A stretch of 64,000 bases of DNA, from positions 744,001 through 808,000 of the forward strand of contig NC_092347.1 of assembly GCF_963676685.1 (NCBI RefSeq), given 5' to 3'. The notes under the pieces were generated by a model. The model was not told the DNA's origin. It saw only the letters and a program-made list of their open reading frames with translations, and ran no database searches. This document shows positions 1-12,599 of this stretch, in pieces. The position numbers were made by a program, and so were the translations under genes. Numbering within the stretch: position 1 is the stretch's first letter; every line of letters begins with the position of its first letter. The stretch comes from Mytilus edulis (taxonomy: Eukaryota).

Positions 1-322
1 ATAATATGGAAACCCCCCCTTTTCCTTTTGGAAGTTTAAAGCTATCTCTTGGATCATTTGTGTCTGAACATCTCGTATGATTTTCCATTGAAGGTATCAG
101 GTTTTTTAATTCTCGAATTTGGAAGTCCCATAAAAAGTGTTCCTGAAGACATATGATTGTTTTTGCTAGATCTAATGAATGTAAGAACGCTATATTTGTT
201 TTCAGTCCTTCAATATTGCTTGTAACAATTTCTATTGATGAATTATCTCCCTTTTGTTTATTATTGTTTGTGTTTGATCTGGTGGGCGGTTTTCTTGGGC
301 TAGCATCCGAAAATTTTGCATT
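1..322 (-). mobile_element. Non-LTR retrotransposon ORF2, N-terminal APE endonuclease (runs off the window edge)
   Basis: Hand translation of the minus strand gives SIEIVTSNIEGLKTN...IICLQEHFLWDF...LPKGKGGVSIL, matching APE motifs (xNxxGL, CLQE, GGVxI). The frame is open from 322 to the edge and has no ATG before the domain, which may be why the ORF track omits it. Confidence 0.8.
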
Positions 323-1130
323 TCAGAATTGTTTTCTTTGTTGCTGCTGTTTGTTGGTATTTTTGAAATGCTCTCTCTACATGTTCTATTTGTATTCTCA
401 GCTATATTCTCCTTCTGTCTTGTGATTCTTTCTACGTTTTCAATATTGGTGTAAGAATCAGACCTCCTAGTTGTTCTACCTTCTATAATCTGATAATAGA
501 GTTTTCTTTACTCCTATGACTATCATTTTGAATACCTGTACTTTGTTGATCCTTTACGTTCTGTATTTCTGAATTTGCGAGACTGTGGTGAGATTGACTT
601 GTTACTATTGGAATGTCATCTGCATGATTTATTCTCGCCTTGATATTTCGACAGTTACTCTTTGGATGAGGTAGCAGCCCTGGTTTTGTATGTTGTTGGA
701 TATTCTGGGGATTCAACATCTGGGTTGAGTCGTTACGTCTTTGAACATTTGGCTGATTTGTATGAACGTTATAGTTTAAGTCGTTAGGCATACCATGTGG
801 ACGTGTTCCTTGATGTATATGTTGATTTATTACTGGTGTAGAGTGGGTATTAATTCCTGGCATCTGTTGTTGATTCACATTTGTTGGTGTTCTATAATGC
901 AAATTCATATGTTGGCATTGTATGGTGCTGATTCACATATGTGGGTGTTCCATAAGGTTGATTATACTGCTGATTCATATATGCTGGTGTTCCATTATAG
1001 TGATTCACATATTCTGATGTTCCATGAAGTTGATTCATATATGTTGATGCGCCATTATAGTGATTCATATATATTGGTGTTATTATTACACTACAATAAT
1101 CGGTTCTGATTGGTTGCCGTATGATGGGTA
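232..1130 (-). pseudogene. Frameshifted Asn/Gln/His-rich ORF1 remnant of the same LINE
   Basis: Three successive minus-strand frames (892-1212, 483-908, and ~505-232 ending NFRMLAQENRPPDQTQTIINKREIIHQ*) lie directly upstream of and overlap the APE frame. There is an internal ~30-bp repeat at ~900-1100. Confidence 0.55.
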
Positions 1131-1132
1131 AA

Positions 1133-1177
1133 TAAAATTGAGAATGGAAATGGGGAATGTGCCAAAGAGACAACAAC
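1133..1177 (-). mobile_element. Short fragment of a SINE-like dispersed repeat (same family as 54658-54865)
   Basis: taaaattgagaatggaaatggggaatgtgccaaagagacaacaac closely matches the reverse complement of the end of 54658-54865. Confidence 0.6.
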
Positions 1178-1399
1178 AGTATACTATTACCGGAAGAGAA
1201 CCTCAAATACATTTTTTATTAAAAATCACAAATGAATTCAGACATACATGTCAGTGTTGGTACATGTACTTCGATGATGCGGCCTAATAGTTTCGTTTTA
1301 CACACCCTAGTGACTGTTCAATATTATGAATATTACTAACATGTTCACAGGAGTGCCAGGAGAAGACATAATTAGGCGTCATCCCAACAGCGGTCATTT

Positions 1400-4300
1400 A
1401 TTTTATACATTGAATCCAGACATCAAAAATATGGCTGATTTACCATGCGGATATATATAGATTTTTAAATTAAAGTGCACATATGCAGGTCAGTTTTTGG
1501 TCGATGCAGTCAAATAATTTTGTTGTATAAGTCAGCATGAGGTATCAAATCTACTGAAATTTTGTTACGTATCAATATTTTGAATAAAAGGAGGACATGC
1601 TGACATCCAAAATTAATGCGAACAAAAATTTGTTGTTATTATATTGCAATATTACTGTCCATTGTCAGATTGTATTATACATTGAATCCTGGCATAAAAA
1701 ATATGGCTTATTTACTATGCGGGTATACATGGTGTATATAGATTTACAAATTAAAGTGCACATATGGTCAGTTTTGGTCAATGCGGTCAAATCATTTTGT
1801 TGTACAAGTCAGCATAAGGTATCAAAACTACTGAAATTTTGTTACGTATCAATATTTTGAATAAAAGGAGGACATGCTGGCACCCTAAATTTATGCGAAC
1901 AAAAATTTGTTGTTCATGTTGTTATTGTATTGCAATATAGCTGTCCATTGTATTATACATTGAATCCTGACATAAAAAAATATGGCTGATTTACTATGCT
2001 GGCATATAGATTTACAAATTAGAGTGCACATATGGTCAGTTTTGGTCTTGGTCAATGGGGTCAAATTATTTCATTGTACAAGTCAGCATGAGGTATCAAA
2101 ACTATTGAAATTTTGTTACGTATCAATATTTTGAATATAAGGAGGACATGCTGGCACCCTAAAATTATGCGAAACAAAAATTTGTTGTTATCAGCTGGTT
2201 ATTGTATTTCAATATTGCAATCCATTGTATTATACATTGAATCCTGACATAAAAAATATGGCTGAATTACTATGCGGGTACAGATTTACAAATTTAACCC
2301 TAAGTGCACATATGGTCAGTTTTGGTGGAAGCGCTCAAAATATTTTGTTGTACAAGTCAGCATAAGGTATCAAAACACTGTAATTTTGATACGTATCAAT
2401 ATTTTGAATAAAAGGAGGACATTCTAGCACCCTAAATGTATGCGAACACAATTTTGTTGTTATTGTATTGAAATATTGCTGTCCATTGTATTGTACATTG
2501 AATCCTAACACAAAAAATATGGCTGATTTACTATACAGGTATATAACTTTACAAATTAAAGTGTACATATGGTCAGTTTTAGTTGATGCGGTCAAATAAT
2601 TTTGTTGTACAAGTCAGCATGGTCAGCATGAGGTATCAAAACTACTGAAATTTTGTTACGTATCAATATTTTGATTTAAAGGAGGACATGCTGGCACCCT
2701 AAATTTATGCGAACAAAAATTTGTTGTTCATGTTGTTATTGTATTGCAATATAGCTGTCCATTGTATTATACATTGAATCCTGACATAAAAAAATATGGC
2801 TAATTTACTATGCTGGCATATAGATTTACAAATTAGAGTGCACATATGGTCAGTTTTGGTCTTGGTCAATGCGGTCAAATTATTTCATTGTACAAGTCAG
2901 CATGAGGTATCAAAACTATTGAAATTTTGTTACGTATCAATATTTTGAATATAAGGAGGACATGCTTGCACCCTAAATTTATGTTGTTATCAGCTGGTTA
3001 TTGTATTGCAATATTGCAATCCATTATATTATACATTGAATCCTGACATACAAAATATGGATGAATTACTTTGCGGGTATATATGGTATATAGATTTACA
3101 AATTTAAGTGCACATATGGTCAGTTTTGGTGGAAACGCTCAAAATATTTTGTTGTACAAGGCAGCATGAGGTATCAAAACTACTGAAATTTTGTTACGTA
3201 TCAATATTTTGAATTAAAGGAGGACATGCTGGCACCCTAAATTTATGCGAACACAAATTTTTTGTTATTGTATTGCAATATTGCTGTCCATTGTATTATA
3301 CATTGAATCCTGACATAAAAAATATGGCTGAATAACTATGCTGGTATATAGATTTAGAAATTAAAGTGCACAAATTGTCAGTTTTAGTTGATGCAGTAAA
3401 ATAATTTTGTTGTACATGTCAGCATGAGGTATAAAACTACTAAAATTTTGTTACGTATCAAAATTTTGAATAAAAGGAGGAAATGAAGGCACCCTAAATT
3501 TATGCGAACAAAAATTTGAAAAAATTTGCTAATTTAGTATGCTGGTATATAGATTTATGAATAAAAGTGCTCACAGGGTCAGTTTTGGTCAACACGGTCA
3601 AATAATTTTGTTGCACAAGTCAGCAAGTGGTATCAAAACTACTGAAATTTTGTTACGTATCAATATTTTGAATAAAAGGAGGACATATGCTGTCACCCTA
3701 AATTTATGCAAACAAAAAATTGTTGTTATTGTATAGCAATATTGCTGTCCATTGTAATATACATTGAATCCTGACATTACAAATATGGCTGATTTACTAT
3801 GCTGGTATATAGATTTACAAATTAAAGTGCACATATGGTCAGTTTTAGTTGATGCAGTCAAATAATTTTGTTGTACAAGTCAGTATGAGGTATCAAAACT
3901 ACTGAAATTTTGTTACGTATCAAAATTTTGAATAAAAGGCGGATATGCTGGAACCCTAAATTTATGCGAACAAAAATTTGAAAAAATATGGCTGATTTAC
4001 TATGCAGGTATATAGATTTATAAAAAAAAAGTGCACACATGGTCAGTTTTGGTCAACACGGTCAAATAATTTTGTTGCACAAGTCAGCAAGAGGTATCAA
4101 AACTACTGAAATTTTGTTACGTATCAATATTTTGAATAAAAGGAGGACATATACTGGCACCCTAAATTGATGCAAACAAAAAATTGTTGTTATTGTATAG
4201 CAATATTGCTGTCCATTGTAATATACATTGAATCCTGACATAAAAAATATGGCTGAATAACTATGCTGGTATATAGATTTAGAAATTAAAGTGCACAAAT

Positions 4301-5820
4301 TGTCAGTTTTAGTTGATGCAGTAAAATAATTTTGTTGTACATGTCAGCATGAGGTATAAAACTACTAAAATTTTGTTACGTATCAAAATTTTGAATAAAA
4401 GGAGGAAATGAAGGCACCCTAAATTTATGCGAACAAAAATTTGAAAAAATTTGCTAATTTAGTATGCTGGTATATAGATTTATGAATAAAAGTGCTCACA
4501 GGGTCAGTTTTGGTCAACACGGTCAAATAATTTTGTTGCACAAGTCAGCAAGTGGTATCAAAACTACTGAAATTTTGTTACGTATCAATATTTTGGATAA
4601 AAGGAGGACATATGCTGGCACTCTAAATTTATGCAAACAAAAAATTGTTGTTATTGTATAGCAATATTGTTGTCCATTGTAATATACAATGTACATTGAA
4701 TCCTGACATAACAAATATGGCTGATTTACTATGATGGTATATAGATTTACAAATCAAAGTGCACATATGGTCAGTTTTAGTTGATGCAGTCAAATAATTT
4801 TGTTGTACAAGTCAATATGAGGTATCAAAACTACTGAAATTTTGTTACGTATCAAAATTTTGAATAAAAGGAGGACATGCTGGCACCCTAAATTTATGCG
4901 AACAAAAATTTGAAAAAATATGGCTGATTAACTATGCAGGTATATAGATTTATAAAAAAAAGTGCACACATGGTCAGTTTTGGTCAACACGGTCAAATAA
5001 TTTTGTTGCACAAGTCAGCAAGAGGTATCAAAACTACTGAAATTTTGTTACGTATCAATATTTTGAATAAAAGGAGGACATATGCTGTCACCCTAAATTT
5101 ATGCAAACAAAAAATTGTTGTTATTGTATAGCAATATTGCTGTCCATTGTAATATACATTGAATCCTGACATTACAAATATGGCTGATTTACTATGCTGG
5201 TATATAGATTTACAAATTAAAGTGCACATATGGTCAGTTTTAGTTGATGCAGTCAAATAATTTTGTTGTACAAGTCAGTATGAGGTATCAAAACTACTGA
5301 AATTTTGTTACGTATCAAAATTTTGAATAAAAGGCGGATATGCTGGAACCCTAAATTTATGCGAACAAAAATTTGAAAAAATATGGCTGATTTACTATGC
5401 AGGTATATAGATTTATAAAAAAAAAGTGCACACATGGTCAGTTTTGGTCAACACGGTCAAATAATTTTGTTGCACAAGTCAGCAAGAGGTATCAAAACTA
5501 CTGAAATGTTGTTACGTATCAATATTTTGAATAAAAGGAGGACATATGCTGGCACCCTAAATTGATGCAAACAAAAAATTGTTGTTATTGTATAGCAATA
5601 TTGCTGTCCATTGTAATATACATTGAATCCTGACATAACAAATATGGCTGATTTACTATGCTGATATATAAATTTACAAATTAAAGTGCACATATGGTCA
5701 GTTTTAGTTGATGCAGTCAAATAATTTTGTTGTTCAAGTCAGTATGAGGTATCAAAACTACTGAAATTTTGTTACGTATCAATACGTGGCACACTAAATT
5801 TATGCGAACAAAAATTTGTA
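1400..5820. repeat. Satellite array: ~260-278-bp monomers changing to a ~463-bp long+short dimer
   Basis: The marker tacattgaatcc recurs at about 1406, 1678, 1956, 2233, 2494, 2770, 3032, 3299, then 3761, 4224, 4692, 5155, 5619. Confidence 0.95.
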
Positions 5821-6135
5821 GTCATGTGTTAAAATGATGCTTTCCTCTAAAATACGTCCTTTCATAGATATACATATAAATAAAGTGCAAATATGGTTGA
5901 ATTTGATAGGTATTGGAATATATATTCAGTGCCCGTTATCATTGTAACCAAGATCGTTTTTTATTTATAGATTGGCAGATTACAGATAAATTTGTGTTTC
6001 AAGCAACGTTTTATGCGAACTTTATTTTCAAATATTTGTATTAAATCCTGTTTATATAACGGAAGTATTAGTTTTAATTTATTTTCGATGTTTATACTAC
6101 GAAACAAAGATATTAAAAAATATTTTTAAAAAATC

Positions 6136-6554
6136 GATGTAGAGCAGTCCTGGTTACAAGTTAACTTAGTGTTGAGCAGACCAGTCAAAAGTTAACTTGG
6201 GAACAGGTCTGGTTTCGATCGGATTTGTCAAAGCAAAAGTTAACTTTGTGGCAGGACTGGTCTCGAAGTTAACTTATGTTAACTTTATGGCAGGACTGGT
6301 TTCGAAGTTAACTTATGTTAACTTTACGGCAGGACTGTTCGAAGTTAACTTATATCAATAGCGGACCTGTTTCGAAGTTAACTTTTTGGCAGACATAAAA
6401 ACAGTCCTAGGACCAAGTCCGCTTTTCAAGTTAACTAGATTTTGGTCCTAGGACTGGTCAGAGCAGTCCTAAATTTGGTCACAGGTTAACTTTGACCAGT
6501 CCAAATGACTGGTTATCAAGTTAACTTGCTGTACAGGTTAGGACTGCACTCATC
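6136..6554. repeat. Cluster of ~12 palindromic (AA)GTTAAC(TT) motifs with imperfect inverted ends; probable DNA-transposon terminus or MITE
   Basis: aagttaactt is interspersed with aggactg/cagtcct. The ends gatgtagagcagtcct and aggactgcactcatc are roughly inverted. Confidence 0.55.
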
Positions 6555-6979
6555 TGTACGTTTCATTTTCATTAATTATTTTATAAATGACAAAATCTAA
6601 AATGCATATTTAATTTCATATCTCAAACACAATAAATTTGTAAAATTTGTAAAAACTAACATAATTGACATATATATATAACTATGACTTACAAATATAG
6701 AGTACTAATAATAAGACATGATTTATAATTCTACAAAACGGAGTACCAATATTAAATATGATCTATTAATCTACAAAAATGGAGCAATGAATCGGATTAA
6801 AGCCTCGTGTCAAAAAAGACTAACACTGCACCGTTTTAAGAAGGAAGATCATTAAGATGATTTAAATTGCTTTCATCAACATTGAAAAAAGTCTAGTTAG
6901 TAGAAAATGGTGTATAATGTTGTAGATAGATTAATAGGTTATTATGAATAAAAAAGTATGTTTTAGGTCAATGAAACAT

Positions 6980-8048
6980 CCTGTACGAAGTGTGACGCCC
7001 GTATATGACACGGAAACCAGAGGTTAAAATCATACTTTATCCTGGCGTCATTGCAGTGTTTACAAAATGCATGTCCAGGCGTCAACCAGGCGTAAACTGG
7101 GCGTAAATCAGGCGTAACTGAGGCGTAAACCAGGCGTAAAGTTAGGCGTAATATTTAAATGAGTACGCCTGGTTCACAAAAAACTTAGGCGTAATATGCA
7201 AATGAGTACGCCTGGTCAATAAATAGACCAGGCGTAATATCCTTACATAATACTACACTTATTTTATATCAGTGTATTACCCTAGCTGTGTACTTTTGTG
7301 TAATTGAAACAAACTTCTGTACTGTTGCTTTTATTTCTTACTGTTGGACAAAAAACTTGAAATATTAACCATTGAAGAAGCTAATATAGAAATGAATACA
7401 TTTTAGACAGACACTGGCTCAAATAAGTTTAAGTTTAAATAAGAATTGTGACAATTAAATATTTTTTGAAATAAAAGTAGCATTTTAACTAAGTTGTTTT
7501 TGAAAATTATTGTCTTTTGAACTAAAATTAAAAGATTTTAATGGTATTATCCATGGATAAAGGTTTTGGGATTTCAAAATTTCTGATAGAACATAATACT
7601 TAATAACTTAGTTATACTCACATTATTATTATTTACCATGTATTACTACTTTCCTTTTATTTTACAATTTTCATTATTTATTTGATTCAGTATTTCCAAT
7701 TTCAAATTCTTCCCAAAATCACAAAACAAGCTAATCATCCCTGAATATATGAAGCTGCCATAAGTCCAACTCTTGCAAACTAAAACCAAAGAGCCAAATT
7801 TTAAAAAAATCCCATGATCCTTTAAACAAAGCATTATGGATATTTCTATTTACGCCATATCAATAGTTTAGAAAATTTACGCCTTGCTTATTTTAATTTT
7901 CGCCAGGTTGACTGCTTTTTTCTACGCCCGTAAGGACTACAAATTTACATTTCCTGCTCCCTTACGCCTGAATCTAGACACGTAACTACCACTTACGCCT
8001 GGTTTACGCCTATTTCCCGGCGTATTACGACTTATAATTTCGTACGGG
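6980..8048. mobile_element. Non-autonomous TIR DNA transposon (EnSpm/CACTA-like, CC-ended)
   Basis: TIRs cctgtacgaa ... ttcgtacggg. Many subterminal aggcgtaa / ttacgcct motifs occur in opposite orientation at the two ends. Flanks are at/ag. Confidence 0.75.
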
Positions 8049-8706
8049 AGCAGCCATATCAAATTAACCAAAAAATAATTCTTCAGTGACAGATGCCTTT
8101 ACAATATGACAGGCTCTAAATTGTCAAAGAAAATTGTGAATAAATTCAACAGGAACAATCCAATATCTACCATAAAATATTTGTAGTTGTTTGCTTAATG
8201 TCAGGAGGCAAATAGTGTATGCACATTCAGGACTAGATCAAATTAAAAATGAATCTGTTGGATAATTTTTGAAAGATAAGTGGACAAGGATGAATGAACC
8301 ATAACCATCAGCTGCAATGACCCATTATTTTAGCATGTGTTTTGCTGTTGGATGGAAGAAGTTCAGTATATGTCTTTACTCCAAAACAATCATTGGGCAC
8401 ATGCATTTAGGTTACTGCATAAAATGTTGTATAAAATGAATGTAAATTTGTAAACGACCAATGTTTAATAATTATAATGTTTTGTCTATGCTCATAAATA
8501 TCTCACATATCATAACTATACATATTTAACTTATCAATGCATTTGGATTTGTAGAATAACAAACTGTTTTGTATGATATTTGCTTCTAATTATGTCCAAC
8601 CATTGAAGTATTAACGTCAATATAATACTTCCAAGGTCCAACATATTTTGAATAATGTTATATCCTGTACGAAATGCGACGCCTGTATCACACGGAAACA
8701 CTGGGT

Positions 8707-9444
8707 CATAACTAAACCAGGCTTCGTTATTATCTACCAGGTGTAAAACAATCGTAAATGAGACAGACACCATAACCAAACCAGGCTTCGTTGTTATCTA
8801 CCGGGTGTAAAACAAGCGTAAAGGAGACAGACACCATAACCAAACCAGGTTTTGTTGTTATCTACCAGGTGTAAAACAAGCGTAAATAAGACAGACACCA
8901 TAACCAAACCAGGCTTCGTTGTTATCTACCAGGTGTAAAACAAGCGTAAAGGAGACAGACACCATAACCAAACCAGGTTTCGTTGTTATCTACCAGGTGT
9001 AAAACAAGCGTAAAGGAGACAGACACCATAACCAAACCAGGCTTCGTTGTTATCTACCAGTTGTTAAACAAGCGTAAATGAGACAGACACCATAACCAAA
9101 TCAGGTTTCGTTGTTATCTACCAGGTGTAAAACAATCGTAAATGAGACAGACACCATAACCAAACCAGGCTTCGTTGTTATCTACCAGGTGTAAAACAAG
9201 CGTAAATAAGACAGACACCATAACCAAACCAGGCTTCGTTGTTATCTACCAGGTGTAAAACAATCGTAAATGAGACAGACACCATAACCAAACCAGGTTT
9301 CGTTGTTATCTACCAGGTGTAAAACAATCGTAAATGAGACAGACACCATAACCAAACCAGGCTTCGTTGTTATCTACCAGGTGTAAAACAAGCGTAAATA
9401 AGACAGACACCATAACCAAACCAGGCTTCGTTGTTATCTACCAG
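8707..9444. repeat. 64-bp tandem repeat, left part (~11.5 copies)
   Basis: Unit agacagacaccataaccaaaccaggcttcgttgttatctaccaggtgtaaaacaagcgtaaatg at 8761, 8825, 8889 and onward. Confidence 0.95.
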
Positions 9445-9646
9445 GGGCCGGTTGTTCAACTTGTCGTTAAGTCTAACGCTGTCGTTAAAATATGCTAACG
9501 CTTCGTTAAAATTTAACGTATGGTTAATCCTGTTGTTCAACTCTACGTTAGATTTAACGCAACGTTAAACTGTCGATAACTTCTATAAAATCTAACGCTG
9601 CTATAGACCTTCGTTAAATACTTAACGAAGCATTTTAATTGATAAA

Positions 9647-10184
9647 ATGGCTGCTCTGTTAATGGTACCTAGGCAAAGAAAAGAGAGAATCTTCAGAGGA
9701 ATGGTTTCACATCTAAACAATTTGACTGACAATGAAATGAGGATAAGATATAGGTTTGGAAGAGACTCTATAGCCTACATATGTAATATTGTGGGAGATA
9801 AATTGAGAAGATCTACAGCAAAGGAAACTGCTCTAACAGTGGAGCAACAAGTATGCATAGCCTTGAGGTTTTATGCCTCTGGGTCATTTTTACAAGTAAT
9901 TGGAGATACAATGGGCTACGACAAAGCAACTGTATCTAGAGCAGTGAATGATGTTACCAATGCTTTACTTGATGTGAAAGACAACTTCATCCAGTGGCCA
10001 AAAGACATCAATTCTAAAAACAGGATGAAGTGTGGTTTCCACAGACAAATGAACTTCCCAAATGTTTTGGGATGCATTGATTGCACACACATCAAGATAC
10101 AAGGGCCATCAGAGGACGAGGCAGCTTTTGTCAACAGAAAGGGGTTCCATAGTGTGAACGTGCAGGCTGTGTGTGATTACGAAG
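9647..10184 (+). CDS. Harbinger (HARBI1-like) DDE transposase, exon 1
   Basis: [27 protein letters not shown] (first catalytic D), [15 protein letters not shown]. Donor G|gtactt, phase 1. Confidence 0.9.
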
Positions 10185-12599
10185 GTACTTATTTAATTTG
10201 TTAATCTTATGTGTCTGATCTCCTCTTCGTCTGTTTATTTGTTTACCTTTGTTATTATCTCCCTTAACGAGTTCTGTGCCATAGGGCCAATTTATTGGCC
10301 TCGGTAATATCTGAAAAATGCCACAAGGCCAATATTTTGGCCCTTAATTGGTAAAAATATCTATCATTATTTTTTAACAAATACGACGTTTTGTCTTTAA
10401 AAAATGTAAAAAATACGTTGATTTAATAATTACAGTTAAATTTAAATAATTTAACGGTTTTATTTCGTATACTGTGAACAGTAGTTTGACGTTGACGTTT
10501 ATTACGTCACTTTCACAACAACAACAACAACAGGTACCCGCGCTGAAACAAACAAAACGTTAGAACTTAGAGTACTGTCACATCTTGACAATTGTAGTCA
10601 TATGAAACTTCAAATTTAAAAGAAAAGTTGATAACAGACTTAAATACTATAGGTTTTATTGTAAAACAAGTGTAAGAAAAATTAATCCGTAATACTATCA
10701 TAATCTTCGTACGTGTACTGCTATCAAATAATTATCTATATGTTATAAAATCATGAAACGAAAAGTAGGGATTATCGGGCAAAAATTGAAAAATGAAGAG
10801 TAACGAATTACTACTTGTTAGGACTGCGCACATTGCAAGTGCAAGGGAGAATCCGTGACGAACGAATGTAAACAAACGTATACATACGTAAATAATAAAA
10901 AGATTTTGAAGGAACAAATTAAATACACCAAATCATTTAGCAATATGTTAAAAGGAAAAAAGTTTGATAGAAAATGTTTTAAAAAAATATGGCTTTATCA
11001 ATTCATTTATTTTTCATATGCTCCACGTGGTATGTGTTGATTGTTTATCAATGCCATAAACCAGTAAACTTCGGCAACACACCCGAAAGTAACTTGCAAT
11101 CAACAAGCAATGAATGAAATATTATTTGTCGACAATACGCTATAGATTTGTAATGAATGTCGTTCATACTTGAATTATTTCTTTATATACATGTAGCATT
11201 CATTAGTTCAATAATTTTAATAACCTGTTATTGCAATACACTCGTTTCATGTAAAATTCAACATCAAGTCTAAAAAATACACTGATACGATTTATAGCAT
11301 TATTTTTTTTTTCAATTGGAATGTTTATTGCATACTTATAAAAATGTCTGACCAGCATTTACAATTGCAAGTAATTCTATTAGCATTTTCTGTGCATTTG
11401 CAAAATTGACATTTTCCCAAATACCATTAACATTGTGAAATAGGAAAACTACGGAAAAATGCACGAATATGAAAGTCGACCAAGAATTTATGACGTCAAA
11501 TGGAGAGTTGCGTAATACTGCAAATATGGCAAATATGGCAACTCATTGGTTCCGTTTTTTTTTCCGCCGGAAGAAATTCAAAGTGCTGAAGACCCCGAAT
11601 TTACTGTCGAAAGTGGTGTAAAGAATATGCCTGCAATAGCATATTTTATGCTCATGTTTACAACTTATCTTATGAAGAAGGTAGTTCTTGAAACAAACAA
11701 GTAAAAATATTCGCTCTTTTTGCAGTTCTGTTTTCATGAAACTGATACAATGTTATTGATAGAGTGTATCTATTTTGTCATACTAAAAAAATGGAGGTAA
11801 TTGAGTTGGCTCATGGCTTTGATTATCCTATATATATATATGTAGATATCAGTATAAATTGAATAGAAACAGTTTAGTAAAGCTTCCGTCTGCATGTGAA
11901 TTTCCTAAAATCTTATCTAATGATTCTTTCACCTCAACTTCACAAATTCCAACCAAAAAAATAATAAAGAAATATAAGCTCAATTTCCCGATGATCAAAA
12001 GAACTAATGTAGTCAATGTACAACCTTTAGAAGAAGTGGAGTGAAAAGTCTAGAGGAACTATCATAGTAAATACAACCAAAGGCATTATTGAAAAATGTT
12101 TCAGTATGTCAATATGATAAGTTAATGAAGTGAGGTTTACTTTTTTTTTTTTTATCATGAACGTTAACTGTAAGTGTATGATAAAGATCGTGTGTTTCTA
12201 CTCTTTGTTTGCGACTGAACACAATTAAGGATCGTTGAAGTCCAATTCTTATCTTGCTGCCGAAAATGATGTTATACTATAAACATCTCAGAAATTCAAT
12301 ATTTCTTTTTGAATAAACAAAAGCCATTTATTTGAATGCAACAACATATTCCCGTTTTTTTTTCATTTCTTAATTGGATTAGTGAGAAACTCCTTTATAT
12401 TTTAAAACATTAAGTATGAATTATTTATAGATACCTACGAATCCCGCTCCAAGTAGAATAAAACAACACAAAAACACCAAACACATATTTACCAAAAAAT
12501 CATCAAAATCTTGGCAAAATGTTTTTAATTTCATGAACATAACATTAACGGACCGGAATGTTAACAGACAATTGCAAATTATGATGCGGTTAGCAGAAT

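Noticed and set aside
1597-5720. Repeated 60-87 aa ORFs, and aaggagg motifs resembling Shine-Dalgarno sites upstream of ATG
   Set aside because: These are by-products of the satellite unit. The context is eukaryotic and no protein motifs are present.
8707-9444. CRISPR-like array (also considered for 14021-14770 and 49912-51355)
   Set aside because: Units are contiguous with no unique spacers, and there are no cas genes.
10261-10350. Possible left TIR of the piggyBac fossil (ttaa followed by ggccaat repeats)
   Set aside because: I could not find a matching right end, so no boundaries are called.
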